From positions 1-64,000 of the IMG/VR virus record IMGVR_UViG_3300042196_000163: a stretch of 64,000 nucleotides of DNA; one strand, 5' to 3'. This document shows, piece by piece, positions 47,341-57,087 of the stretch. Below the pieces are notes generated by a model that was given only the letters and a program-made list of their open reading frames with translations, did no database searches and was not told where the DNA came from. Each line of letters starts with the position of its first letter. Within the stretch, counting starts at the first letter, position 1. The stretch comes from a virus. Lineage: Duplodnaviria; Caudoviricetes. A program made the translations under genes and the position numbers.

Positions 47341-47522
47341 TCCAACTCCGGGCGGGTTTCGGCCGCTTTTATGGGCTGGAAAGTTGGACGGAATGGCGGT
47401 TTCCCGCGGGGTAGCAGCGAATTACAAAACCGCTGCTCTACCGCTGAGCTAATCCGGCATTTCAAGGACTTAGCATATTTTCGTCCAACTCACTTGGCGG
47501 CCGCCAGTTGGATGCGTCCAAC
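47341..47522. other. attP with a symmetric core and candidate arm-type sites
   Basis: Core (minus strand) AGCAGCG-GT-TTTGTAA-TT-CGCTGCT at 47413-47437; GTTGGA/TCCAAC at 47341, 47383, 47484, 47507, 47517; adjacent to the integrase 3' end. Confidence 0.8.
47422..47458 (-). tRNA. 5' half only of tRNA-Thr(UGU); a fragment within attP, not a full tRNA
   Basis: GCCGGATTAGCTCAGCGGTAGAGCAGCGGTTTTGTAA gives the acceptor 5' strand, D-arm and anticodon loop; no T-arm or acceptor 3' strand follows. Confidence 0.85.
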
Positions 47523-48593
47523 TTTGTCCCGCGCGCGGGAGCGTTTTAGCTTGCCCATTGCCGTCTTGGCAAACCGGTCATCGGGCAGGACGTAGACCGA
47601 CACCACGCCGCGGGTCTTGTGGCCGGTGATGGCCCGGATCTCGTCGTCGGTGCAGCCGGCCCGGCCGAGCGCGGTCGCCACGGTGCGGCGCAGATCCGCG
47701 AAATGCAGATCCTTGGGCAGCTCGGCCTGTTCCCGGATCCAGGCGAACCAGTGCTGGAAGTCGCTTTCCTGATAGGCCCGGCCGGTGACCTCGCTGACCA
47801 CGATCTGGACGGCCGCGGCCTTGGGCGCGGCGTCGATCGCCTGGCGCAGATCGGGCAGGATCGGAATCAGCATCTCCTTTGCCGTCTTGGCCTGCGTCAG
47901 CGCAATGTGCCGGCCTCGGTCGGCCGAGCGTGGCATGGTGAGAATGTCGCCGGGCCTTTGCCCGGTGCACCACGCCAGCATGACCGCCAGCGCGATCGAG
48001 CGGCGGCCCTCCTTTTCGGCCTGGCGACAGAACGTCACGCGCTCGTTGTCGGTCCACATCCGCGCCCTTGGTTTCGGCGCCTTGATGCGCAGCTTGCGCG
48101 CGGGATGGATGTCGATCCAGCCTTCATCCTCAGCGACGCTCAGCAGCTTGCTCAGCGTGGCGGCGCAGTGCCGTGCCACGTTGGCCCCGCGCTTATTCTT
48201 CATCTCCCGCAGCCACGTCTTGACCGATTTGCGCGTGATCTCCGCGATCGGGATGTCACCGACCCAAGCCTCGACGATAGCCGCATAATATTTATGGTCG
48301 CGCTGCGTGCGCGGCTTAAGCGCGTTAAAGGCTTCGTTTTCCGGGCTCTCGTAAAGTCGCCGGAGCGCCTTGAGCGAGCCCTCCGGTGCCAGCGCCTCGG
48401 CCGGTTGGCCGGCGTACCAGCGGTCGAGGCCGTCGTTCAGATCCTCGGCTTCCTTGATGGCCGCAGCGGGGCTGTCCGACAGGCGCCTGACAAGGAAGCC
48501 CGCGGCGACCAGCTTCTCTGTCGGCTGCCAGTAAAAGGCCGGGCCGCGCCTACGCGGTTTTTCGACCAGGTATCGGACCTTGATTTTTCCCAC
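47490..48593 (-). CDS. int: Tyrosine integrase
   Basis: TGQRPGD (R), FADLRRT, ITGHK, terminal Y; likely GTG start at 48593. Confidence 0.92.
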   Translation of the reverse strand: MGKIKVRYLVEKPRRRGPAFYWQPTEKLVAAGFLVRRLSDSPAAAIKEAEDLNDGLDRWYAGQPAEALAPEGSLKALRRLYESPENEAFNALKPRTQRDHKYYAAIVEAWVGDIPIAEITRKSVKTWLREMKNKRGANVARHCAATLSKLLSVAEDEGWIDIHPARKLRIKAPKPRARMWTDNERVTFCRQAEKEGRRSIALAVMLAWCTGQRPGDILTMPRSADRGRHIALTQAKTAKEMLIPILPDLRQAIDAAPKAAAVQIVVSEVTGRAYQESDFQHWFAWIREQAELPKDLHFADLRRTVATALGRAGCTDDEIRAITGHKTRGVVSVYVLPDDRFAKTAMGKLKRSRARDKVGRIQLAAAK

Positions 48594-48849
48594 GCGCGCG
48601 CTCCAGCAGCTCGGCCTCGAAGTCGCGCTTTTCCCCGGGAGGGCATTCCAGCCCGTAGCGGCGCGCGAGCCACGCGTCAACCTGTGCTTTCGAAAACGTG
48701 TTGTAAACGGCGTCGGGCCTGGGGAAATCGGGGATAGCGGGGATATGTCCACGCAACCAGGACTCGCTGCGCCGAAATGCGTATTCCGCCGCCTCGGCCC
48801 ACGTCATGGTGGCCGGCTCGAAACGGTGGCGGTGGCGGCGCGCAGTCAT
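48550..48849 (-). CDS. Excisionase-like wHTH protein
   Basis: MTWAEAAEY...FPRP...VDAWL; overlaps the int start. Confidence 0.65.
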   Translation of the reverse strand: MTARRHRHRFEPATMTWAEAAEYAFRRSESWLRGHIPAIPDFPRPDAVYNTFSKAQVDAWLARRYGLECPPGEKRDFEAELLERARGKNQGPIPGRKTA

Positions 48850-49677
48850 GCTACGGCCCGTGTCAGGTCCGGATACCGCCCAAGGGCGGCGCGGAAGAAA
48901 CAGAAGGCGCGCCGGTCAAGTCGGCGATCGTCTTGCGTACCACGTTGCCGACGACCTGCGCGGCCGCACCCGCGGCGCCGTTCTCCGCAGCGATGCGATC
49001 GGCGACCGCCGCTGCCCATGTCAGCCCCCGCTCGTAATAGAGAATCTCGGACGGCGTCGGCAGGCAGGCGTGATGATGCGCGCCAACATGGGCGACGAAA
49101 TAGAGATCGAACGGATGGCTGATCGGCTTGCCGCAGCGCACGCAGTTGCATATCGGCTTTTCGTGGTCACCCATTGACGACAGCACTCCCCTAACCCTCA
49201 GACTTCACGATCTTTAGTTTTGGCTGCATTCCGGCGGGGGCCATGTGCCAGCGAGGAACGGGGCGGGTGCGGAACTCGCAGAACACCATCCCGTCCTGGA
49301 TCGACCGCGAAATGGGCACGTAGAAGCGAAACCCCATTTCCTCGTGCTCAAGATCGCCTTCCATCATGCCGCGCGTTACCTCGTGGCGGAGTTCGTGAAG
49401 CAGCCGCTCAATGCGCTCTTGGCGGTATTTGTCGCTCATCGGCTCTGTTCCTTGATCTCGGCTTCGATCTTAGTGGCAATCTCGGCGGCGGCCTCTCGCG
49501 CGGCATTGAGATTGTCGTGTTGCCCCCAAACGCCGCTCCAGTCGTCATAAGCCCGCGCGATCTCCGCACCCCGGCGGAGGCCAAGGTTGTAAGCTTCCAA
49601 CGAAAGCGTCACGTAATTAACAACGCCAGCATGGCGCAGAACGAATTGGCAGAAGAATTCGATTGGCTTGAATTCGC

Positions 49678-50322
49678 TCATACCCCACCCCCAGCGAGAT
49701 GGGCGCGCAAAGCATAAGCGCTGGCGTCAAGCACAAGCCGCGCGCCCCCACAAATTTTCCGCTGCTGCTCGTCGAGCGACACGCCCTGAGCAATATTGAA
49801 AAGGATGTTGGCCGCCGGACCGATGGCATTGAGGGCAGCGGCGATATCTTGGCGAACCGCCTCCGGCAGCCCGTCCTTGTCCTTCTTGCCCTCGGTGTAG
49901 CCTTGGGCGTGGGCGGCTTGGGCGACCTTCGCGATGAACTTGTAATCTTCCAAGCTGCCTTGCCACGCGAAGTTACGACCAAACCACGTCATCGCATCCC
50001 AAGGCGCCCCCTTGTCTCCCGTGGATGGAGAGGAGGTGGTGGGGGCATCATCGAAGTTGAACGGCGGAGGCGGTGCGCCCTTGATGATCTTCGCGTAACC
50101 GATCACGTCACCGGGTTTCGCCTCTGCGGGTGTGGCGCGCTCCCGCTGGGCGGAAAGTTCGGCCAGCATGGCATCGGCATACTCGTATGCCTTCGCTGCC
50201 AGCAGGTCCGGCCTGTTGTGATAGGCCTGGCCAAGCGCGGGGATTGCTAGCGCCTGCCCGGCGAAATAGTCTCGCAACTGCCCCGGCGTCAGAGCGGCAT
50301 CCGGTCCTGGGGTGGGGATCAT
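49678..50322 (-). CDS. Hypothetical early protein
   Basis: LRDYFAGQAL...AYEYADAMLAE motif common in phage small proteins. Confidence 0.6.
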   Translation of the reverse strand: MIPTPGPDAALTPGQLRDYFAGQALAIPALGQAYHNRPDLLAAKAYEYADAMLAELSAQRERATPAEAKPGDVIGYAKIIKGAPPPPFNFDDAPTTSSPSTGDKGAPWDAMTWFGRNFAWQGSLEDYKFIAKVAQAAHAQGYTEGKKDKDGLPEAVRQDIAAALNAIGPAANILFNIAQGVSLDEQQRKICGGARLVLDASAYALRAHLAGGGV

Positions 50323-52635
50323 TGCTTCACGTTCTCCAAAGAAAAGCCGCGCCCGGTTAAGAGCGCGGCAGTAACTAAGCGGCTTCGTAAAAGTCTTCCT
50401 TCGCGGCGTGCGCCGGGTTCAGCTCGCGGCATTTGTTGTTGATCTCTCTAATGCCGTCATCGGCTACCAAAGAATTTGTCGGCTCCGAACGGCCGTACCA
50501 AAGTTTCATCCCCGGCTTGCATGAACCATCTTTTGAGTGTTCGGCGTATTCAGCCGTGACATGCCAAATACTGACCCGCTCAACTTCGACAGTCTGTTTT
50601 GTGCGGCGCGGTTCCGAGTAGTGCCACTTGATTTCACCGCGTCGCTGTTCGATCCAGACCGGGATTAGGTCGGCAGACAGCAGGTTGACGCGCACGCCCC
50701 ATCGTGTGTAAATCGCCATGTTCATCTCCACATTGTCAAAGAGCATTGCCGGCCGTTTCCCCGACCGGCAATGTTGATTCTACCATAGCGGGTTTCGCGT
50801 TTTCGGCCGCGCGCGACAAGATCAATGAGTTAGCGTCGGCCTCACATTGAATTTGTTGCGAAACAAAATTTGAGATTTTGCTTTTTCGCATTTTCATCGC
50901 CATCACGTCTTCTCCTTCTGGCTCACCTCAGCCGCGATAGACGAGGGGTTGAGGGCGCGCGTCATTGGCGGATTGAATGGGGCTTCTTCGTGTGGTCGGA
51001 TCATCCAACCGGCGAGCCAAAAGCCTCCATCGACCTGCGTTAAGCGATGCCATGTCGAGCCGTTCGCCTTCATCTTGACAAGCGCTTCTTCAATAGGTGG
51101 CGGGTGCCCTGGCCCGTCGATGTAACTCCAGAAATCAGGCTCAACAGGTTCCCGGCTCAACTGCGGTTTCTCTTCCATCGTCATCGATCCTTATTTCCCT
51201 GCAGAACTTGCACCCGGCTTGTTGCGCCGTCACAGCCTCGTCGCCCTCCAAATCGCAGCGCGGCGGGCCTTGGCAAACCCATATCGAAACGTATTTCTTC
51301 GCCGCCGCCTCGATGCCCGCCTTGACGCCCTGGAGGGTGGAGGGGGATGTCATTGCTTAAGCACCCCATTGAAGCGCGCGACAGCAGCCTTGTACTCATC
51401 GGAGTCAGGCAGCGGGCCGGTATATGCGTAGAAGCATTCTGCCCTCGGATCGACTTCCGTAATCAGAATGTCCACCGGATCGCGACCATTGCATTCTTTG
51501 TTGAACGGCGCGTAAAGATGCAGCCAAGGCCCGATCTTGCCGTCAATAATGTCGATCTTGATGTGGTCTAGCGGATTTGCCCACTTCGGATCATAGACGC
51601 GCTGGATGCCACGACGGGCTGCCTCAATGGCCGAAAACATCGGCACTGGCTTTTGCTTTGGCATCTACTTCCCCTCCAGTGGAACAGAGAGAAGGCCAGC
51701 CGCGCGCGCTTCGGCCAGAAGGTCAGCCCTCTTAGCGTAGGCATGCGCGGATGATGAGGTGCCAGCAAGGAACCCGATTGACGATTCCTCCAACATGCGC
51801 GCCAACCGCTGCGCCAGATCGCGGAGCTTGGCGGTGTCGGATTGGGCCGCAAGTAAGCGGTTGATATCTTCGCGCTGCGCCTTTATCTGCGAGTAGGCTT
51901 CCGCCAATTGGTCCTCTGTGGACGGCCACGGCACTGCTTTGTCGCTCACGGCTTCGACCCCTTCATGGCTCTGATGATCGTGGCGATGTCCTTTTGCGTG
52001 ACGATTGCGCCGGCTGCCATCGTGCAACTCGCGCCCTCGCCAATCACGTACACGTCCGCCACCTTCGCGCACGCTTCGATCTGGTCGTGGAGCGCCTTCT
52101 CGATGGCGTCGGCCACAGCTTGCTCATCAGGCCCGATCTGGAAAAGAACGCAGTGCGCAATCTCCTCCGCCACACGTCGCGGCGTCATCTCTGGGGCCTT
52201 CAATCCGGGGCTTGGCATCGGCCTTCTCCAAATCGAGAGTTGTTTCGTTCCGCCCACCCAGCATTGTGTTCTTCGAGGCTCTCGCTGTAGGCGTACACGC
52301 CAGCCCATGAAAGCAGCCAGTTGTGCGCGCGGTAGTACCAGCGGGGCCAATCCCACAGCGGCGTGAATCTCCAAACCCAGTAGGCGAGATGGCAGAGATG
52401 CCAGCCGGTGCGGGTCACCGCCGTTCCCCCGCGTCGAAAAGGATGTCGCTGGCATGCTTCTCAAAATACCAGCGCGGCGTTCTGCGAAGCTCTTTACTCA
52501 GGCGGATGATGTTCTTGCGGAGATTGCCTTTCCAAACCTCTCGCCAGATGATCGTTTCCGCCGTCTGCTCGACGACAAACGCCTTTGCTTTGTTGAACTG
52601 ATATGTCGCGCCGGCCTGAATGGATTCGGGCGGCA

Positions 52636-53250
52636 TCATGGCGCTCCACCGAGTTCCTTGCGCGCCTCAGCAATCGCGGCGTTGAGTTCAGACATCTGCT
52701 GGTGGTTGCCGCCGTTGTCCGGGTGGCGCTCCCGCGCGAGAGTGCGATAGGACGCCTCGGCGCCAGCTAGCGCGACGGCGGGGATGCTGCAGGATAGGCC
52801 TTCGACTAGCAGCACTTGGCGCCAAGGTCTGCGGTTGTCGGCGCCGGGCGGCGGCAATGCCTGAAATCCGCTGAACGCTGTGTCGAGCATGTCGCCGGAA
52901 CCCCAGCGTTCGATGCCGCGCATGGCCTCGATGGTCTTGGCAATCGCCCAGATGTTGTCCTCAGCGCGGTCCCACCGGTCGCAGGCGAAGACCATCGGCC
53001 GGTCCTTGTAGCGGAAATACACGGCCACGCCGGGATCATCGACGCGCTTCGCGCTCGCCAGCGGCAGGCCGTCGCGACGCTGCGGGACGTTCGTCGAAAC
53101 AACCTGATTGCGCGCGCCGAGGAGGCGCAGATTGCTGACGACCGCGCGGATGGCCACGCCGAAGCCGGTTTTGAATCGGGAGCGCTGCCGGCGGTTTGGC
53201 GCGGTACGCTGGTGGTTCTCTGGCCAGTGAAGCGGAAATGATTCGGTCAC
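52636..53250 (-). CDS. Phage DnaJ-domain protein
   Basis: DPGVAVYF, ACDRW, ERWG and a C-terminal J-like HPDNGG...LNAA. Confidence 0.85.
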   Translation of the reverse strand: MTESFPLHWPENHQRTAPNRRQRSRFKTGFGVAIRAVVSNLRLLGARNQVVSTNVPQRRDGLPLASAKRVDDPGVAVYFRYKDRPMVFACDRWDRAEDNIWAIAKTIEAMRGIERWGSGDMLDTAFSGFQALPPPGADNRRPWRQVLLVEGLSCSIPAVALAGAEASYRTLARERHPDNGGNHQQMSELNAAIAEARKELGGAP

Positions 53251-53915
53251 GCCGGTCTCCCCCTCATCACGGCCGCCATGCACGCGTTCCAGAATTCCTG
53301 CCGCCATGATCGATCAGCTTGACCGCGACCAGCTCATCCATATCGACGCTGGTCAGAATGCGGAGCAAGTTACTGAATTCGGCTCGCGTCATGGGCTCGC
53401 GACCTGCGGCGCCATCTTGTCGACCACATCCGAGAACCGCTGCAGCCAGTCGTCGAGGAAGCGGCGATGCTGTTCAAGCGATGCATCGATACTCGCCGCC
53501 GCGCGCTGCATGTCCGCCGCGGCACCCCGCATGGTGCTCGCCGCGCTGGCAACCTGTTCGGCGCCGAGAAGGGTCATGTACTCAGCCATTCGTCGTTTGC
53601 TCCGCCTTAGCAATCACGAAAAGATGCGGCGCGAACTCGCCGACCATGTCGTGAAGCGTAACCATGCCGGTGAAGCCGACCGTTTGGACGCGATGCTTCG
53701 GACCGTCCGGCTCATCATTGAAACGGACGTCCTTGCCGATGAGATTCAGCGCTAGATCCTTCTGCGCCAAATCTTCTGCCGACATGATCCTCTCATGCGG
53801 GCACACCGTCGTGCGCCGGGCATCGTCAAAGCTCAGCCGGCATTTCTGACAGGTCACTTTCATTCGGCGGCTTCCTTCTGCGGGTGCGCCTTCGTGCCTA
53901 TCCGGTTGCCGCCCA

Positions 53916-54992
53916 TTATGCGGCACTCCGGCTTTCCTCAACAGGACGCTCGACACTGAGCGCAAGCGCGAGAATATTCCGGGCCGCATTCACGTCGCGG
54001 TCGTGGCTGGCGCCACAGGCGGAGCATTCCCACGCTCTTATTCCAAGCCCTGCGATACCTTTCGGCCGCTCCGGCGGCAGCGCGCCGCACGAAGAACAGG
54101 TTTGGGTCGTGAACTTCTCATCGACCTCCACGAACTGCGCCGCCTTGTAGCGGAGCATGCCGCGGAAAGCCGACCACCCGGCGTCGAGGACGGACTTCGC
54201 CATCTTCGTTTTCGTGAGGGCTGCTGCGTTGACGTTTCCCACCGCGATGAACGCGTATTCGCGGGAGAGACGGGTAGAGAGCTTGTGATGGAAGTCGCGG
54301 CGGGAGTTGCCGATCTTCACGTGAATGGTCCTGGCGCGCCGAACGTTGCCCGCTCGCTGCGCGGTGGCGAGAGCCTGGGCGCGCCGCAACAGATGACGCG
54401 GGTTCTCGATGACCTCGCCGGTGGACAGAGTTGCGAGCGACTTCAGCCCAAGATCGACGCCGACTTCGGTGTTCGGTTTCGCCTGAGCTTCGGCGGCCAC
54501 TTCAACGTGGAGGCACACGAACCAGCGTCCGAGCGCGTCCTCGACGAAGAAACCGCCATTGGCGTTCTCCGGCAGCGGGCGACGCTTGCTCCCAAAAAGG
54601 CGATAGCGGTGGCCGAGATAGGTGATGCTGCCGCCGTTGATCTGGCGGCTTTGGCGCTGGAACGGCACCCACCCGAGCGCGCGTTTGGAGCCGAAGCTTG
54701 ACCGGAATCGCGGGCAGCGTTTGTGCTGGTCGCGGCTCCGGACGAATTGCTCGCAGATGGCCTGCACCGTCTGCTGATGAATGCCGAGATCCTTGCCGAC
54801 CCCCTTGCATTGCTTGGCCAGATCGAAGTGCGACGCCCACTTGCGCTTCTTCGCGCCGGACCGATAGCGGGCCTCGACATCGCGCTGATGCGCAACGCAC
54901 CAATTCCAGACTTGATTGCAGGCGTAGGCATGGGCGTTCAACGCCTTGCGGGCAGAACGGTCTTTGAGCCGGTATTTGTAGGTCTTAATCAT
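53916..54992 (-). CDS. tnpB: TnpB-family RNA-guided endonuclease, stand-alone
   Basis: TYKYRL, VGVDLG (RuvC-I), CSSC...WECSAC zinc finger, HDRDVNAARNI (RuvC-III); no tnpA nearby. Confidence 0.93.
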   Translation of the reverse strand: MIKTYKYRLKDRSARKALNAHAYACNQVWNWCVAHQRDVEARYRSGAKKRKWASHFDLAKQCKGVGKDLGIHQQTVQAICEQFVRSRDQHKRCPRFRSSFGSKRALGWVPFQRQSRQINGGSITYLGHRYRLFGSKRRPLPENANGGFFVEDALGRWFVCLHVEVAAEAQAKPNTEVGVDLGLKSLATLSTGEVIENPRHLLRRAQALATAQRAGNVRRARTIHVKIGNSRRDFHHKLSTRLSREYAFIAVGNVNAAALTKTKMAKSVLDAGWSAFRGMLRYKAAQFVEVDEKFTTQTCSSCGALPPERPKGIAGLGIRAWECSACGASHDRDVNAARNILALALSVERPVEESRSAA

Positions 54993-55022
54993 TGGGTGAA
55001 TACCGGATAAGCATTGTTCGTG

Positions 55023-55199
55023 TCATGCCGCCTCCGTGCAGTCAGGGCATGGCACGCGAACATCCGTCTGTTGCGGGCCCCGCGGCCCCTTCACCGGCCG
55101 TTGGCGCTTCACCATGATCCAGCGCTTGCCGCCGCAGGTCTTGCAGGGACCTGGGCGGGGCGGGGCTTGCGAGCGGCGCAAGGGGTAGATGCGACGCAT
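55023..55199 (-). CDS. 58-aa Zn-finger protein, absent from the ORF track
   Basis: CKTCGG...CPDC; TGATG overlap with the upstream gene. Confidence 0.55.
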   Translation of the reverse strand: MRRIYPLRRSQAPPRPGPCKTCGGKRWIMVKRQRPVKGPRGPQQTDVRVPCPDCTEAA

Positions 55200-55525
55200 C
55201 AGGTAGCATCCCGCGGCGCCTGGTCGCCGTTGATGTCGATCGGAAACAGTCGGCCGATCATCCGCGCCTCATCGAAGTCACGGGCGATGATCAGCTCGCG
55301 GCCGTCCGCCAGCGTGATCAATCCGGATCGGTGACCATGGCCGCAGCAAGACGCGACGGTCGGAATACCGGCATCATTGAGCGCTTTGACCAGCGGCACG
55401 ATGCAGGGGTCGCACCAGACGCCGCCGCGCGGGCGGCCGGTTTCGTCGGGCACGCCAGGCTTGACCACGACCATCTTGATCTCGCGGTCCTGGTTGCAAT
55501 CGACGTGGCCGCATGGGGCGATCAT
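55199..55525 (-). CDS. Hypothetical protein
   Basis: CDPCIVPLVKALNDAGIPTVASCCGHG motif; ATGA overlap with bet. Confidence 0.65.
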   Translation of the reverse strand: MIAPCGHVDCNQDREIKMVVVKPGVPDETGRPRGGVWCDPCIVPLVKALNDAGIPTVASCCGHGHRSGLITLADGRELIIARDFDEARMIGRLFPIDINGDQAPRDAT

Positions 55526-56895
55526 GTCCCGCCACCCTCCGCCGCCTTCTTGGCGATATCCGCCTTGCGCTGCGCGGCCTGCATCACCAGCCCGTTCTTG
55601 CCGCGGTCGATCTTGTCGAGATTTGCCGCCTCGATCGCCATCAGCGCGTCGACCTCCGCCTCGGTCGTGCACATCGACAGTTCCTCGCGGACCGCCTCAA
55701 CGTACTTGTTGACGTCGGGCTTCTTGTCCTTCATCGGCATGACGATCGCGCGCAGACCCTCTCCCTGCGGCTGGGAGGGTTGGTCGCTCTCGGCCTTGGC
55801 GGGCGCATCGCTGGCGGCAGGGGCGGAAGACGCGTGCGGCGGCGTTCCGTTCCCTGCCGCCTCACCGGCGCCTGTTGTGGACGGGGCCGGCGGTTCCTTC
55901 TTGGCGTAGAGCGCTGCCAGGGCTTCGGCAGCGCCGTCGTCCTCGATACCTTCCCAGGCCGCGCGAGCGGTCTCCTTGTTGTTCTCGAGAATGGCGGCGC
56001 CGCGCGTCTTGTCGCGGCCGAGCTCGACCAGTTTTGCAGCGAAGCCATCGGCGGTATCGAAGCGATCAATCTCGCCGCCAGCCTCATCCACCAGGATGAA
56101 GGCGTCCTCGTCCGCGGGCGGTTCCTTCTTCTCGAAGTCCTTGCGCTCCGGTCGCGCCGGCGCGTCTTCGGCAACCGCCTCGATGACATTGCCGGGGCGC
56201 TGATAGATGCCGGCCTCTTCGGCGACCGGCTGGTCCCCAAATTCTTCCGGGAAGGCGCGGCGAAGCGCGGCGGCCTCGGCGCATTTCTCCAGCATCTGCG
56301 ACGGCGCGCGGCACCAGCGGTCATTCGGTACGTCGGCGCGGCCGCGCTTCGAATACGTCTCCAGCCAGTAGACGCGTGGGCCGGGGTAGGCATGGCGCTG
56401 GTCGCCGAGCATCCGGAACACGGTGATCTGCGCCCACTCCGGGAAGCTGACGGTGGCGCCGAGGTTCTCGCCCTTGTGGTTCTTGCCGGTGAAAGTTTGC
56501 TTGACCACCGGCCCGAACGCGGTCGGCTCCTGGCCGGCGAATTGCTTCGTGCGATGCGCCGTGATGCGGTGGTCCGCTATGCCTGGCCAAACCGTCTCGA
56601 CCTCTCGGCGCTGAACGCTGTCATAGATAGGCACGATATGTACGACGCGCTTGAAGGGGTCGAGATTGCGCGACCGGCAGTAGGACAGCGCCAACATGAT
56701 GGCCTCGGGCGTCTTCGCCGTCGGGAAGATCGCATCGCTGAGCGCGCGCCAAGTTGCTTGGTCGATGCCGAAATCCTGCTGCGCGGCGAGCGGGTAGGGC
56801 AGGCGAGGCGGCGCGATCGTGGACAGCGCGCCCTTGCTCGCGGCTTCCTGCGGTGGGGCCTGGGTCGTGCGCTCGGCGGTGGCTTGCTGATTCAC
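55522..56895 (-). CDS. bet: Single-strand annealing recombinase (Bet/RecT-like)
   Basis: LDPFKRVVHIV, ETVWPGIAD, MLEKCAEAAALRRAFPE motifs; GTG start at 56895. Confidence 0.88.
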   Translation of the reverse strand: MNQQATAERTTQAPPQEAASKGALSTIAPPRLPYPLAAQQDFGIDQATWRALSDAIFPTAKTPEAIMLALSYCRSRNLDPFKRVVHIVPIYDSVQRREVETVWPGIADHRITAHRTKQFAGQEPTAFGPVVKQTFTGKNHKGENLGATVSFPEWAQITVFRMLGDQRHAYPGPRVYWLETYSKRGRADVPNDRWCRAPSQMLEKCAEAAALRRAFPEEFGDQPVAEEAGIYQRPGNVIEAVAEDAPARPERKDFEKKEPPADEDAFILVDEAGGEIDRFDTADGFAAKLVELGRDKTRGAAILENNKETARAAWEGIEDDGAAEALAALYAKKEPPAPSTTGAGEAAGNGTPPHASSAPAASDAPAKAESDQPSQPQGEGLRAIVMPMKDKKPDVNKYVEAVREELSMCTTEAEVDALMAIEAANLDKIDRGKNGLVMQAAQRKADIAKKAAEGGGT

Positions 56896-57087
56896 GGATG
56901 ATTCCTTTCGAAGCGGGTTAAACGGTCTTCTGCGCCTTGCCGGCGCGCCAGCGGTCGTAATCGGAGCGAGACAGCCCGAGCAGCTTGCGGTGGCGCTTGA
57001 GCTGTGCCGCGCGACTGCCGCGGCCAACGTTGCGGCGGGCACCGCGATAAGTCGAAGCGGAGCGGGCGGTCGATTTCGATTTGGCGC

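Noticed and set aside
47380-47458. Complete functional tRNA-Thr gene
   Set aside because: The sequence after the anticodon loop cannot form a T-arm or the acceptor 3' strand; it is only an att fragment.
53864-55022. Complete IS200/IS605 or IS607 element
   Set aside because: There is no adjacent tnpA and no recognisable terminal hairpins; the serine recombinase lies 11 kb away and is resolvase-like.
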